This document shows positions 54,416-61,796 of a stretch of 64,000 nt of DNA, one piece after another (position 1 is the first letter of the stretch; every line of letters starts with the position of its first letter). Made by a program: the position numbers and the translations under genes. Source of the stretch: Bacillota bacterium (GTDB lineage Bacteria; Bacillota; Clostridia; Christensenellales; UMGS416); the NCBI GenBank assembly GCA_023435705.1, contig JAEYRH010000016.1, forward strand, positions 44,691 to 108,690. Direction: 5' to 3'. The notes beneath the pieces were generated by a model. That model was given only the letters and a program-made list of their open reading frames with translations. It was not told the origin of the DNA and made no database searches.

Positions 54416-56398
54416 GTGCCATTTTTGCCTGTAACAAAAGAAGAGATGATTGCCCTTGGCTGGGACAGGCCGGACTTTGTGTTCGTATCCGGCGACGCCT
54501 ATGTGGACCACCCCAGCTTCGGCCACGCGATCATCTCACGGGTGCTGGAAAAGCAGGGCTTCCGCGTGGCGATGCTCTGCCAACCAGACTGGCGCGGAAA
54601 GGCTGACTTCCAGAGATTTGGGCGGCCAAGGCTGGGCTTCCTCGTGTCCGCCGGCAACATCGACAGCATGGTCAACCATTACACCGCAAACAAGAAAAAG
54701 CGCAGCCAGGACGCTTATGCCCCCGGCGGCAAGGCGGGCATGAGGCCGGACCGGGCCACGATCGTGTATTGCAACCGCATCCGCGAGGCCTATTCCAACA
54801 TCCCGGTCATCATCGGCGGTGTGGAGGCGGGCTTGCGGCGCTTTGCCCATTACGACTACTGGGATAATGCCGTGCGCCGCAGCATCCTGACAGATTCCGG
54901 CGCAAGTCTGTTGGTTTACGGCATGGGCGAGTTGGCCATCGCGCAGGTGGCCAAGCTCATAGAAAAGGGAGTACCCATCGGCAATTTGCGAACAATCCCA
55001 GGCACCTGCGCCATCGCCGAGTCGCAGGAGGAGGCGGGGGAGGGCATTGTGTTACCCTCCGCCGATGAAGTCTCGACCAGCAAGCGCAAGTATGCTGAGG
55101 CCTTCCGTGTGCAGTATGAGCAGCAGGATGCCGCCCGAGGCAAGCGCCTGATCCAGAAGCAGGACAAAAACTGGCTCATCCAAAACCCGCCTGCCCGGCC
55201 TCTCACGCAAGCCGAGATGGACGAGGTCTACGAGCTGCCCTACATGCGCTCCTGGCACCCGATGTATGCCAAACATGGTGGCGTGCCGGCCATTGCCGAG
55301 GTGGAGTTCTCCCTTGTTTCCTCGCGCGGGTGCTTCGGCGGCTGCTCTTTTTGCGCGCTGCACTTCCAGCAGGGCCGGGTGATCCAGGCCCGCAGCCACC
55401 AGTCGCTTGTGAAGGAAGCGGAGATGCTCACCAAGTTGCCGGGGTTCAAGGGCTATATCCACGACGTGGGCGGCCCTACCGCAAATTTCCGCATGACCGC
55501 CTGCGAGGGGCAAACAGAGCGCGGAACCTGTTCCCACCGGCAGTGCCTCTATCCCAAGCCCTGCGAGCACCTCACACCCGATCATTCGGACTACATCGAG
55601 CTGCTCCGTAAGCTTCGGGCCATCCCCGGCGTCAAGAAGGTGTTCATCCGCTCAGGTCTGCGGTTCGATTATCTTCTGGCGGACAGGCAGGGTTCGGCTT
55701 TTTTGAAGGAGTTGTGTCAGCACCACATCAGCGGGCAGCTGAAGGTCGCGCCGGAGCATGTGTCTGACACGGTGCTGCGGGCGATGGGCAAGCCGTCCTT
55801 CGATGTCTACCGCCAGTTTGTGCAGCGCTACCAGAACATGAACGAGCGGCTGGGCATGGAGCAATACCTGGTGCCTTATTTCATCTCCTCCCACCCCGGC
55901 AGCGACCTGAAGGCCGCCATCGAGCTGGCCGAGGCCATGCGTGACATGCGCATTTACCCTGAGCAGGTGCAGGATTTCTACCCCACGCCGGGGTCGGTTT
56001 CCACCTGCATGTATCACACCGGCATCGATCCCAGGACGATGCAGCCGGTGCATGTGCCAATGGGGGAGGAGCGCCGCATGCAGCGGGCGCTGCTGCAATA
56101 CACCCGCCGCGAGAACCACGCTCTGGTGCGCAAGGCCCTCACCCTTGCCAGCCGCACAGATCTGATCGGCGGCAGCCCCAAGTGCCTGGTGCCCGCCGAG
56201 GGCACGGTGCCGTACCGCCCGTCTGGGAAGCCAAAAACGGCAGGGCAAGGGCGTACGGCTGCCAAGCAGCCGGGTATAAAGCCCCCTTCAGGCAAGCAAA
56301 AGCCCCCGGCAAAGGCCGGAGGCGGAAAAGCGATTGGGAAACCGGTTCAGGGTGGAGTGGTTAAGAGGAGGGAGAATGGCCGGGGGAAAGGCAAGTAG
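54416..56398 (+). CDS. ygiQ: YgiQ-family radical SAM protein (UPF0313)
   Basis: FLPVTKEEM..LGWD.PDFV.VSGDAYVDHPSFG.AIISRVLE. Radical SAM Cys motif CFGGCSFC. The Lys/Gly/Pro-rich C-terminal ~70 aa are low complexity. Confidence 0.9.
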   Translation: MPFLPVTKEEMIALGWDRPDFVFVSGDAYVDHPSFGHAIISRVLEKQGFRVAMLCQPDWRGKADFQRFGRPRLGFLVSAGNIDSMVNHYTANKKKRSQDAYAPGGKAGMRPDRATIVYCNRIREAYSNIPVIIGGVEAGLRRFAHYDYWDNAVRRSILTDSGASLLVYGMGELAIAQVAKLIEKGVPIGNLRTIPGTCAIAESQEEAGEGIVLPSADEVSTSKRKYAEAFRVQYEQQDAARGKRLIQKQDKNWLIQNPPARPLTQAEMDEVYELPYMRSWHPMYAKHGGVPAIAEVEFSLVSSRGCFGGCSFCALHFQQGRVIQARSHQSLVKEAEMLTKLPGFKGYIHDVGGPTANFRMTACEGQTERGTCSHRQCLYPKPCEHLTPDHSDYIELLRKLRAIPGVKKVFIRSGLRFDYLLADRQGSAFLKELCQHHISGQLKVAPEHVSDTVLRAMGKPSFDVYRQFVQRYQNMNERLGMEQYLVPYFISSHPGSDLKAAIELAEAMRDMRIYPEQVQDFYPTPGSVSTCMYHTGIDPRTMQPVHVPMGEERRMQRALLQYTRRENHALVRKALTLASRTDLIGGSPKCLVPAEGTVPYRPSGKPKTAGQGRTAAKQPGIKPPSGKQKPPAKAGGGKAIGKPVQGGVVKRRENGRGKGK

Positions 56399-56409
56399 TC
56401 AAGTAGAGC

Positions 56410-56567
56410 AAAACTCCCTCCGTCGCCTCCGGCGACACCTCCCTCATTGACCCCCACCGCCTCTGGCGGTGCCACCCCTAGAAGGGGTGGTATAGAGGGA
56501 GGCAAGTTGATGCTCTTTCAATGGCGCACTTGTCCCCCTCCTGAGGGGGATGCCCCCGCAGGGGGCA
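56410..56567. repeat. Hairpin-array element, copy C (expanded form with nested hairpins)
   Basis: AAAACTCCC leader (56410-56418); GTCGCC-TCC-GGCGAC (56422-56436); outer stem CCTCCCTC (56438-56445) / GAGGGAGG (56495-56502) enclosing CACCGCC-TCT-GGCGGTG (56455-56471) and CCACCCC-TAGAA-GGGGTGG (56472-56490); then TCCCCCTC/GAGGGGGA (56533-56550) and TGCCCCC-GCA-GGGGGCA (56551-56567). Confidence 0.75.
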
Positions 56568-56579
56568 AGGGGAGTTGTA

Positions 56580-57338
56580 TTATTTCCTCCCCGCGCAATA
56601 CACCTTCATGGCCTTGCTCTGGAAATCCGCCAGCCCCGGCTTTACTTTGTCAATGTTCTCGGTGAACCGGTGGTCGTCCACATAAAGGTTGCTCAAGCCC
56701 TCGTAGACTTCCAGTGAGCAGTCATAAAAGCTGTCGTCGATGTAGTGAAAGTGGCGGTCTATCACGGCCTGCACGGCGGGGTCTGCGGCATCGCGGCCTG
56801 CTGCCATCAGTTCTGCCAAATCGGTTTGGATCTGGCCGCCCTTCTGCATGACCTCAGCCCACTCCCTTTTGCCATATCGTTTGGTTTTATCGCGCTGCTG
56901 CCAGCCGGGATACTTTTGGTCCACTTCCTGGGCATATTTCTTTTGCTGTTCCTCAATCTCGGTCATGTCGAAATTCTCAAAATAATCCTTATCCTGCATC
57001 ATGTTGCCTCCTTTGAATGTTTGCAGTGTCTTGTCCACGGTCTCCAGCAGCTTGTTAAGCCGCTCGCGCCGTTTGAGCAGCAGAGAGCGGTGCTGCCGCA
57101 ATGCCATGGCCTCGTCAAAACCGGGGCTGTCCAGGATGGCGCGGATCGCATCCAAAGAAAAATCCAGTTCCTTGAAGAAGAGCACCTGCTGCAGGCGCTT
57201 GAGCTCCGCCAGGCCATAGAGCCGATAGCCTGCCTCTGTGTGTGAAGCCGGGCGCAGCAGCCCGATCTCGTCGTAGTGGTGCAGCGTGCGCACGCTCACA
57301 CCCGCCAGTTTGGATAGTTCGTTCACCGAGTAGTTCAT
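56580..57338 (-). CDS. MerR-family regulator with TipAS-like antibiotic-recognition domain (TipAL/Mta-like)
   Basis: MNYSVNELSKLAGVSVRTLHHYDEIGLL.P......GYRLY. C-terminal TipAS-like helices. ATG 57338 lies 9 nt after GGGAG; the track start 57347 has no RBS spacing. Confidence 0.8.
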   Translation of the reverse strand: MNYSVNELSKLAGVSVRTLHHYDEIGLLRPASHTEAGYRLYGLAELKRLQQVLFFKELDFSLDAIRAILDSPGFDEAMALRQHRSLLLKRRERLNKLLETVDKTLQTFKGGNMMQDKDYFENFDMTEIEEQQKKYAQEVDQKYPGWQQRDKTKRYGKREWAEVMQKGGQIQTDLAELMAAGRDAADPAVQAVIDRHFHYIDDSFYDCSLEVYEGLSNLYVDDHRFTENIDKVKPGLADFQSKAMKVYCAGRK

Positions 57339-57366
57339 ATTGATCATCTCCCGGCCGGATGATTGC

Positions 57367-57397
57367 AGTATAAACTATGACGTAGCGTGAGGGTCAA
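57367..57397 (-). promoter_or_regulatory. MerR-type promoter with 19-bp spacer upstream of the TipA-like gene
   Basis: The minus strand reads TTGACC-CTCACGCTACGTCATAGTT-TATACT. The spacer carries an imperfect dyad, CTCACG...CGTCAT. Confidence 0.6.
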
Positions 57398-57455
57398 GAG
57401 GTTTTTTGAGAAATATTCGATTCGTGCTTAAACTCGTTGGAATCCTGTCTCTCCC

Positions 57456-57483
57456 TTGACAATCCCCCATTTGATGCTATGAT
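57456..57483 (+). promoter_or_regulatory. SigA-type promoter (extended -10) of the trmH-like gene
   Basis: TTGACA (57456-57461), 16-nt spacer ending in TGC, TATGAT (57478-57483). Confidence 0.6.
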
Positions 57484-57515
57484 TTCCAAGTACTTACAAC
57501 GATCCGGAGAATACC

Positions 57516-58325
57516 ATGGCCGAACGCATCGCCAGCCTGCAAAACCCCCGTATCAAGAATATCCTGCGCCTTGCAAAGGCCAGCGAGCGCCGCCGGCAGG
57601 AGCTCATCGTGATCGAAGGGTTCCGTGAAATTCGGATGGCCGTGCAGTCCGGCTTTGTGGTGCGGGAGCTGTATGTTGCCCCCGAGGTGAATCCTCATCC
57701 GGAGATGCCGGCGCTTTTGGCTGAGCTTCCGGATGATTGCCAGGTTTTTGAGATCACCAGGCCGGTGTTTGAGAAGGTGGCGTACCGAGACAACTCCGAC
57801 GGCCTGATCGCCCTCGCGGAGCCAAAGGCGCTTTCATTGGATGGATTGAAGTTAAGTAGCAACCCTTTGGTGCTTGTGATGGAATCGCCGGAAAAGCCCG
57901 GTAACATCGGCGCGATCCTGCGCACCGCAGACGCTGCCGCGTTGGATGCCGTGATAGTGTGCGACCCCAGGACAGATCTTTATAACTCCAACGTGATCCG
58001 CGCCAGCCTGGGCTGCATCTTCAGCTGCCAGGTGGCGGTTTGCTCCTCGCGGGAGGCAATTGATTACTTACGGCAACGGTGCATTCGCACTCATGCCGCT
58101 GCGCTCACAGCCAGTCATTTCTATTACGAAGCCGATTTCACCGGCCCCGCCGCCATTGTGATGGGTTCGGAAGCTGACGGCCTCACAAAGCTCTGGCTGG
58201 ATGAGGCCGATATGCAAATCAAGATCCCCATGGGCGGCCGGGTGGATTCACTGAACCTTTCCACATCGGCGGCGGTTCTGGTATTTGACGCCAAGCGCCA
58301 GCGGGACTGCTGCAGCAAACCATGA
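57516..58325 (+). CDS. TrmH/SpoU-family RNA 2'-O-methyltransferase
   Basis: NPRIKNILRL... substrate-binding N-terminus, then SPOUT motifs PGNIGAILRTADAA, MGSEADGL, IPMGGRVDSLNLSTSAAVLVF. Confidence 0.85.
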   Translation: MAERIASLQNPRIKNILRLAKASERRRQELIVIEGFREIRMAVQSGFVVRELYVAPEVNPHPEMPALLAELPDDCQVFEITRPVFEKVAYRDNSDGLIALAEPKALSLDGLKLSSNPLVLVMESPEKPGNIGAILRTADAAALDAVIVCDPRTDLYNSNVIRASLGCIFSCQVAVCSSREAIDYLRQRCIRTHAAALTASHFYYEADFTGPAAIVMGSEADGLTKLWLDEADMQIKIPMGGRVDSLNLSTSAAVLVFDAKRQRDCCSKP

Positions 58326-58338
58326 GACTAGGAGCCCC

Positions 58339-59241
58339 ATGAAAAAACTCAACGGTTGGATCCTTTATAATGGCTCGTTGAAAAGCCCCAAGTTCCAGGA
58401 GCATATCGACTGGCTGTCGAAGAGCATTGCCAATTATGGCATGGGTTGCGTTGAAGTGCATAACGGGATGGTGCCGGCGCTGATTGCTGGTGAACAGATC
58501 GCCTTGCGGCCTGGTCTTGATCTTGGGCTGCCGGACTTCGCTGTGTTTTGGGATAAGGATGTGCGCCTGGGCCTGCAACTGGAAGCCATGGGCCTGCGGT
58601 TGTTTAACCCGGCTTCGGTTGTGGCAACCTGTGATGACAAGTCCATGACCCACATCGCGCTGGCAGCACAGGGAATTCCGATGCCCAAGACGGTGATTGC
58701 GCCTCTTATTTTCCCTGGCCATAGCGAGCATGACAAACATTTCCTCGAGTATGTGCAGGATGAGCTGAAATTCCCGATGGTCGTGAAAGAGTGCTTCGGC
58801 TCCTTCGGGGCGCAGGTTTATCTGGCGAACAATGCCGATGAGTTGACCGCATTGCACCGCAGATTGATCTATACGCCACATCTTTACCAGCAGTTCATCT
58901 CGTCCAGCTTTGGCCGCGACGTACGCATCCAGGTAGTGGGTGAGCAGGTCGTAGCGTCGGTGCTGCGGGTGTCCGACCACGACTTCCGCGCCAATGTGAC
59001 CAACGGCGGCAGGATGGAGCCATTCCAACCGCCTCGCGAGTTCACTGACATGGCCGTCCGCTGCAGCCGTGTATTGGGGGCTGATTTTGCCGGTGTGGAC
59101 CTTTTGTTCGGGCCCGATGGTGAGCCGGTGCTCTGTGAGGTCAACTCCAACGCACACTTCAAAAACCTCTACAATTGCACCGGCGTGGATGTGGCCGACC
59201 ACATCGCCCGCTACATTGTCAAGGTAATGACCCATGGATGA
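58339..59241 (+). CDS. RimK-type ATP-grasp ligase, paralog 1
   Basis: DK..T...LA..GIPMPKT, FPMVVKECFGSFGAQVYL, FRANVTNGG, GVDLLFG..GEPVLCEVNSNAHF. Confidence 0.75.
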   Translation: MKKLNGWILYNGSLKSPKFQEHIDWLSKSIANYGMGCVEVHNGMVPALIAGEQIALRPGLDLGLPDFAVFWDKDVRLGLQLEAMGLRLFNPASVVATCDDKSMTHIALAAQGIPMPKTVIAPLIFPGHSEHDKHFLEYVQDELKFPMVVKECFGSFGAQVYLANNADELTALHRRLIYTPHLYQQFISSSFGRDVRIQVVGEQVVASVLRVSDHDFRANVTNGGRMEPFQPPREFTDMAVRCSRVLGADFAGVDLLFGPDGEPVLCEVNSNAHFKNLYNCTGVDVADHIARYIVKVMTHG

Positions 59242-60085
59242 GGGCTGGCTCATCTACTGCCGGGAGGATTGGCAGAAGAACCGATCCTATGCTGATCGTC
59301 TGATTGAGCGGGCTCTCGTCCATGGCATGAATCTGAGACTTGTGCTGCGAGATGAGCTGGATGATGCCGGCGTGACATTCGATTGTGCGCACCGGTTCGC
59401 TGTGAACCGTTCGCGGGACTGGCAACTGGCGCAGACGCTGGAACAGGCGGGTTTCCTGGTGTCCAACTGCTCTGAGGCATGCCGTATCGGCAATGACAAG
59501 GTGGAAAGCCACCGGCTGGCAGCTCGGCTTGGACTGCCGCAGGTTGATATGGCCTTCTGCGCCAACAACCCTGTTGAGCTTTCCGCTCACGGCTTGGGCT
59601 ACCCGGTTGTGCTGAAAGATCCATACGGCCATGGGGGCACAGGTGTTTTGCTGGCCCACAATCGGGAAGAACTGCTGGCGATGACTGCGCAATTAGCCTG
59701 TCACACAGTGCTGTTGCAGCGGCTCTGCGGCATGCCCGGCGTTGATCTTCGGGTCTATGTGCTTGGTGGAGAAGTGTTGGCCGCAGTGCGCCGATCATCG
59801 CAGAATGACTTTCGTGCCAACCTTTCGCTTGGCGGCACGGTGGAGTTGTGCGAGCCGGGCCCGAAGGAGCTTGCGATGGTTCGGGCGATTACCGCAGCAA
59901 TGCCACTTGATTATGCCGGCATCGACTTCATTTATGACAGCGCAGATCAGCCCTTGTTCAATGAAATAGAAGATGCCGTGGGCAGCCGGTCACTGTATCA
60001 GTTGGGCGGGCCGGACACAGCAGATGCATATATGAACCACATTGCGTTGATGCTGAATCGTCATCAAGACATTTCCCGCAAATAG
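59234..60085 (+). CDS. RimK-type ATP-grasp ligase, paralog 2
   Basis: NDKVESHRLAARLGLPQV, YPVVLKDPYGHGGTGVLL, FRANLSLGG, GIDFIY....PLFNEIEDA. Its ATG lies 8 nt inside the end of paralog 1. Confidence 0.75.
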   Translation: MDEGWLIYCREDWQKNRSYADRLIERALVHGMNLRLVLRDELDDAGVTFDCAHRFAVNRSRDWQLAQTLEQAGFLVSNCSEACRIGNDKVESHRLAARLGLPQVDMAFCANNPVELSAHGLGYPVVLKDPYGHGGTGVLLAHNREELLAMTAQLACHTVLLQRLCGMPGVDLRVYVLGGEVLAAVRRSSQNDFRANLSLGGTVELCEPGPKELAMVRAITAAMPLDYAGIDFIYDSADQPLFNEIEDAVGSRSLYQLGGPDTADAYMNHIALMLNRHQDISRK

Positions 60086-60127
60086 GTATATAATAAAGGT
60101 AAAATCATCCACAATAAGATGAGAGAT

Positions 60128-60144
60128 ACGCCTTCTGAAGGCGT
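60128..60144 (+). terminator. Possible terminator hairpin after the ATP-grasp pair
   Basis: ACGCCTTC-t-GAAGGCGT palindrome followed by TATAT. Weak U-tract. Confidence 0.35.
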
Positions 60145-60161
60145 TATATGGAAGGAATATT

Positions 60162-60995
60162 ATGGAAATTAATCGAGAACTAAAGCTGGCTGTATTGATT
60201 GATGCGGAAAACGTGTCCTACAGTTGGATTAAGCCGATAATTGCAGAGATCGCCCGTTATGGCACACCCACAATCAAACGCATTTATACAGACTGGACCC
60301 AACCCACCTCCACCGGCTGGAAAAATGTGCTGCTTGAGTACGCCATTGCGCCCATCCAACAATATCGATATACGGCTGGGAAGAACAGCTCCGACGCGGC
60401 GATGATCATCGACGCGATGGATATCCTCTATTCCCAGAAGGTAGATGGCTTCTGCATCGTCTCCAGCGACAGTGACTTTACTCGCCTGGCTCAGCGCCTC
60501 AGGGAGGCGGGCATGCGTGTGATCGGCATTGGCGTCAAGAAGACGCCGGTGGCCTTCAAGGCTTCGTGCGAGCGCTTCATCTATATTGAGAACCTGAAGG
60601 AAACGCCGGTGGAAACACCGCCGGTGTTGAGCAAAGCTGCTGCCCAACATGCCGCTGCAGCTGCCGCTGCCGCCGCTGCGGCTGCAGCGACTGCCGCTGC
60701 TGCCAGCTCTGCGCCGCCTGCCATCGCTGAGACAAACGAAGAGGAATCGGCCATGAGCATCGAGAAGCTGGCCAAGCTGCTGGCTGTGACCACCACCGAT
60801 CTGGCTGAGGAGTCGGGTTGGGCGTCTCTTTCTGATGTGGGCAGCCTGCTGGCCAAAAAGGTTCCGGATTTTGACACCCGCAACTATGGCTTCCGCACGC
60901 TGACGCCGCTGGTGGAATCACTTGGCATTTTCGAGATCGACAAACGCCAGACCAGCCGTCCCAACATCTGGCATGTTTATATCAAAAACAAATAA
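60162..60995 (+). CDS. NYN (LabA-like) domain protein with C-terminal OST-HTH/LOTUS domain and poly-Ala linker
   Basis: LAVLIDAENVSY...IKRIYTDW...NSSDAAMIIDAMD...FCIVSSDSDFTRLAQRLREAG (NYN). AAAQHAAAAAAAAAAAAATAAAASSAPPA linker. C-terminal ...GWASLSDVGSLLAKKVPDFDTRNYGF..L..LV (LOTUS). Confidence 0.8.
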   Translation: MEINRELKLAVLIDAENVSYSWIKPIIAEIARYGTPTIKRIYTDWTQPTSTGWKNVLLEYAIAPIQQYRYTAGKNSSDAAMIIDAMDILYSQKVDGFCIVSSDSDFTRLAQRLREAGMRVIGIGVKKTPVAFKASCERFIYIENLKETPVETPPVLSKAAAQHAAAAAAAAAAAAATAAAASSAPPAIAETNEEESAMSIEKLAKLLAVTTTDLAEESGWASLSDVGSLLAKKVPDFDTRNYGFRTLTPLVESLGIFEIDKRQTSRPNIWHVYIKNK

Positions 60996-60997
60996 CA

Positions 60998-61717
60998 ATG
61001 GTGATCCCAAATTTGGTTGACGCGACCTTTCTCCGTCGGGAGAACCGCTTTGCCGCCAAGGTGCTGCTGGGTGGCCAAATAGTGGCCTGCCATGTGCCCA
61101 ACTCCGGACGGCTAAGAGAGTTGCTTGTGGAGGGTTCCCCTGTGCGGGTGATCCCCTTTCGGGGCGGCGGCAAAACAGCATGTGGCTTGGTCATGGTTCA
61201 GAATCTGGATCATTGGGTCGTGATCGATGCCCACCGCGCCAACACTGTGGCGCTGGAGGCCATCCAGAGTGGCCTTGTGCCGGGTCTTGAGAGCCCTGAG
61301 TCGATCCGCCGGGAGGTCAAATGCGGCAACAGTCGCTTTGATCTGGCTTGCACAGTGGATGGCTTGCTTCAGTATGTGGAAGTGAAGTGCTCCACGCTGC
61401 AGGAGTGCGGCGTGGGCATGTTTCCGGATGCGCCCACCGAGCGGGGCTGGAAGCACCTTAGGGAGCTCACGGAATTGAGCCTCAGCGGCACTGTCTGCCA
61501 TGTGCTGTTTGTGATGCAGCACCCAGCGGCGCAGTCATTCCGCACCCATTGGGAGACCGATCCCGTGTTCGCCCGGCTGTTGGGCGAAGCCATCGACGGC
61601 GGGGTGCGGGTGCACGCATTGGTCTGCAACGTGGATGAAAACACAGTAACGGCTGTCAGACCAATCAGGGTCACGAAGGCCGCCACAATCCTTCCAGGCA
61701 CATCAACAAAGAATTAA
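60998..61717 (+). CDS. sfsA: Sugar fermentation stimulation protein A homolog (SfsA nuclease-like)
   Basis: ATFLRRENRFAAKV.L.G..V.CHVPNSGRL.ELL ... EV...SRFD ... VEVK... matches SfsA. Confidence 0.85.
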   Translation: MVIPNLVDATFLRRENRFAAKVLLGGQIVACHVPNSGRLRELLVEGSPVRVIPFRGGGKTACGLVMVQNLDHWVVIDAHRANTVALEAIQSGLVPGLESPESIRREVKCGNSRFDLACTVDGLLQYVEVKCSTLQECGVGMFPDAPTERGWKHLRELTELSLSGTVCHVLFVMQHPAAQSFRTHWETDPVFARLLGEAIDGGVRVHALVCNVDENTVTAVRPIRVTKAATILPGTSTKN

Positions 61718-61796
61718 CCTGTTATACCTTTACACGCAGTCTCCTTCGCTTTACAGTGGTGGTATATGCATTCCATGAAACAAGGAGGCATTTGGC

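Noticed and set aside
54220-54606. 128-aa ORF (and 56447-56665, 72 aa) running through the hairpin elements
   Set aside because: These are translations of palindromic GC-rich repeats (…GGATRRWRK…, …PPPEGDAPAGGKG…) that overlap real genes (ygiQ, MerR). No RBS.
60640-60720. Repetitive GCN tract, checked as a possible tandem repeat or CRISPR-like array
   Set aside because: There is no spacer/repeat periodicity. It is in frame within the NYN-LOTUS gene and encodes poly-Ala.
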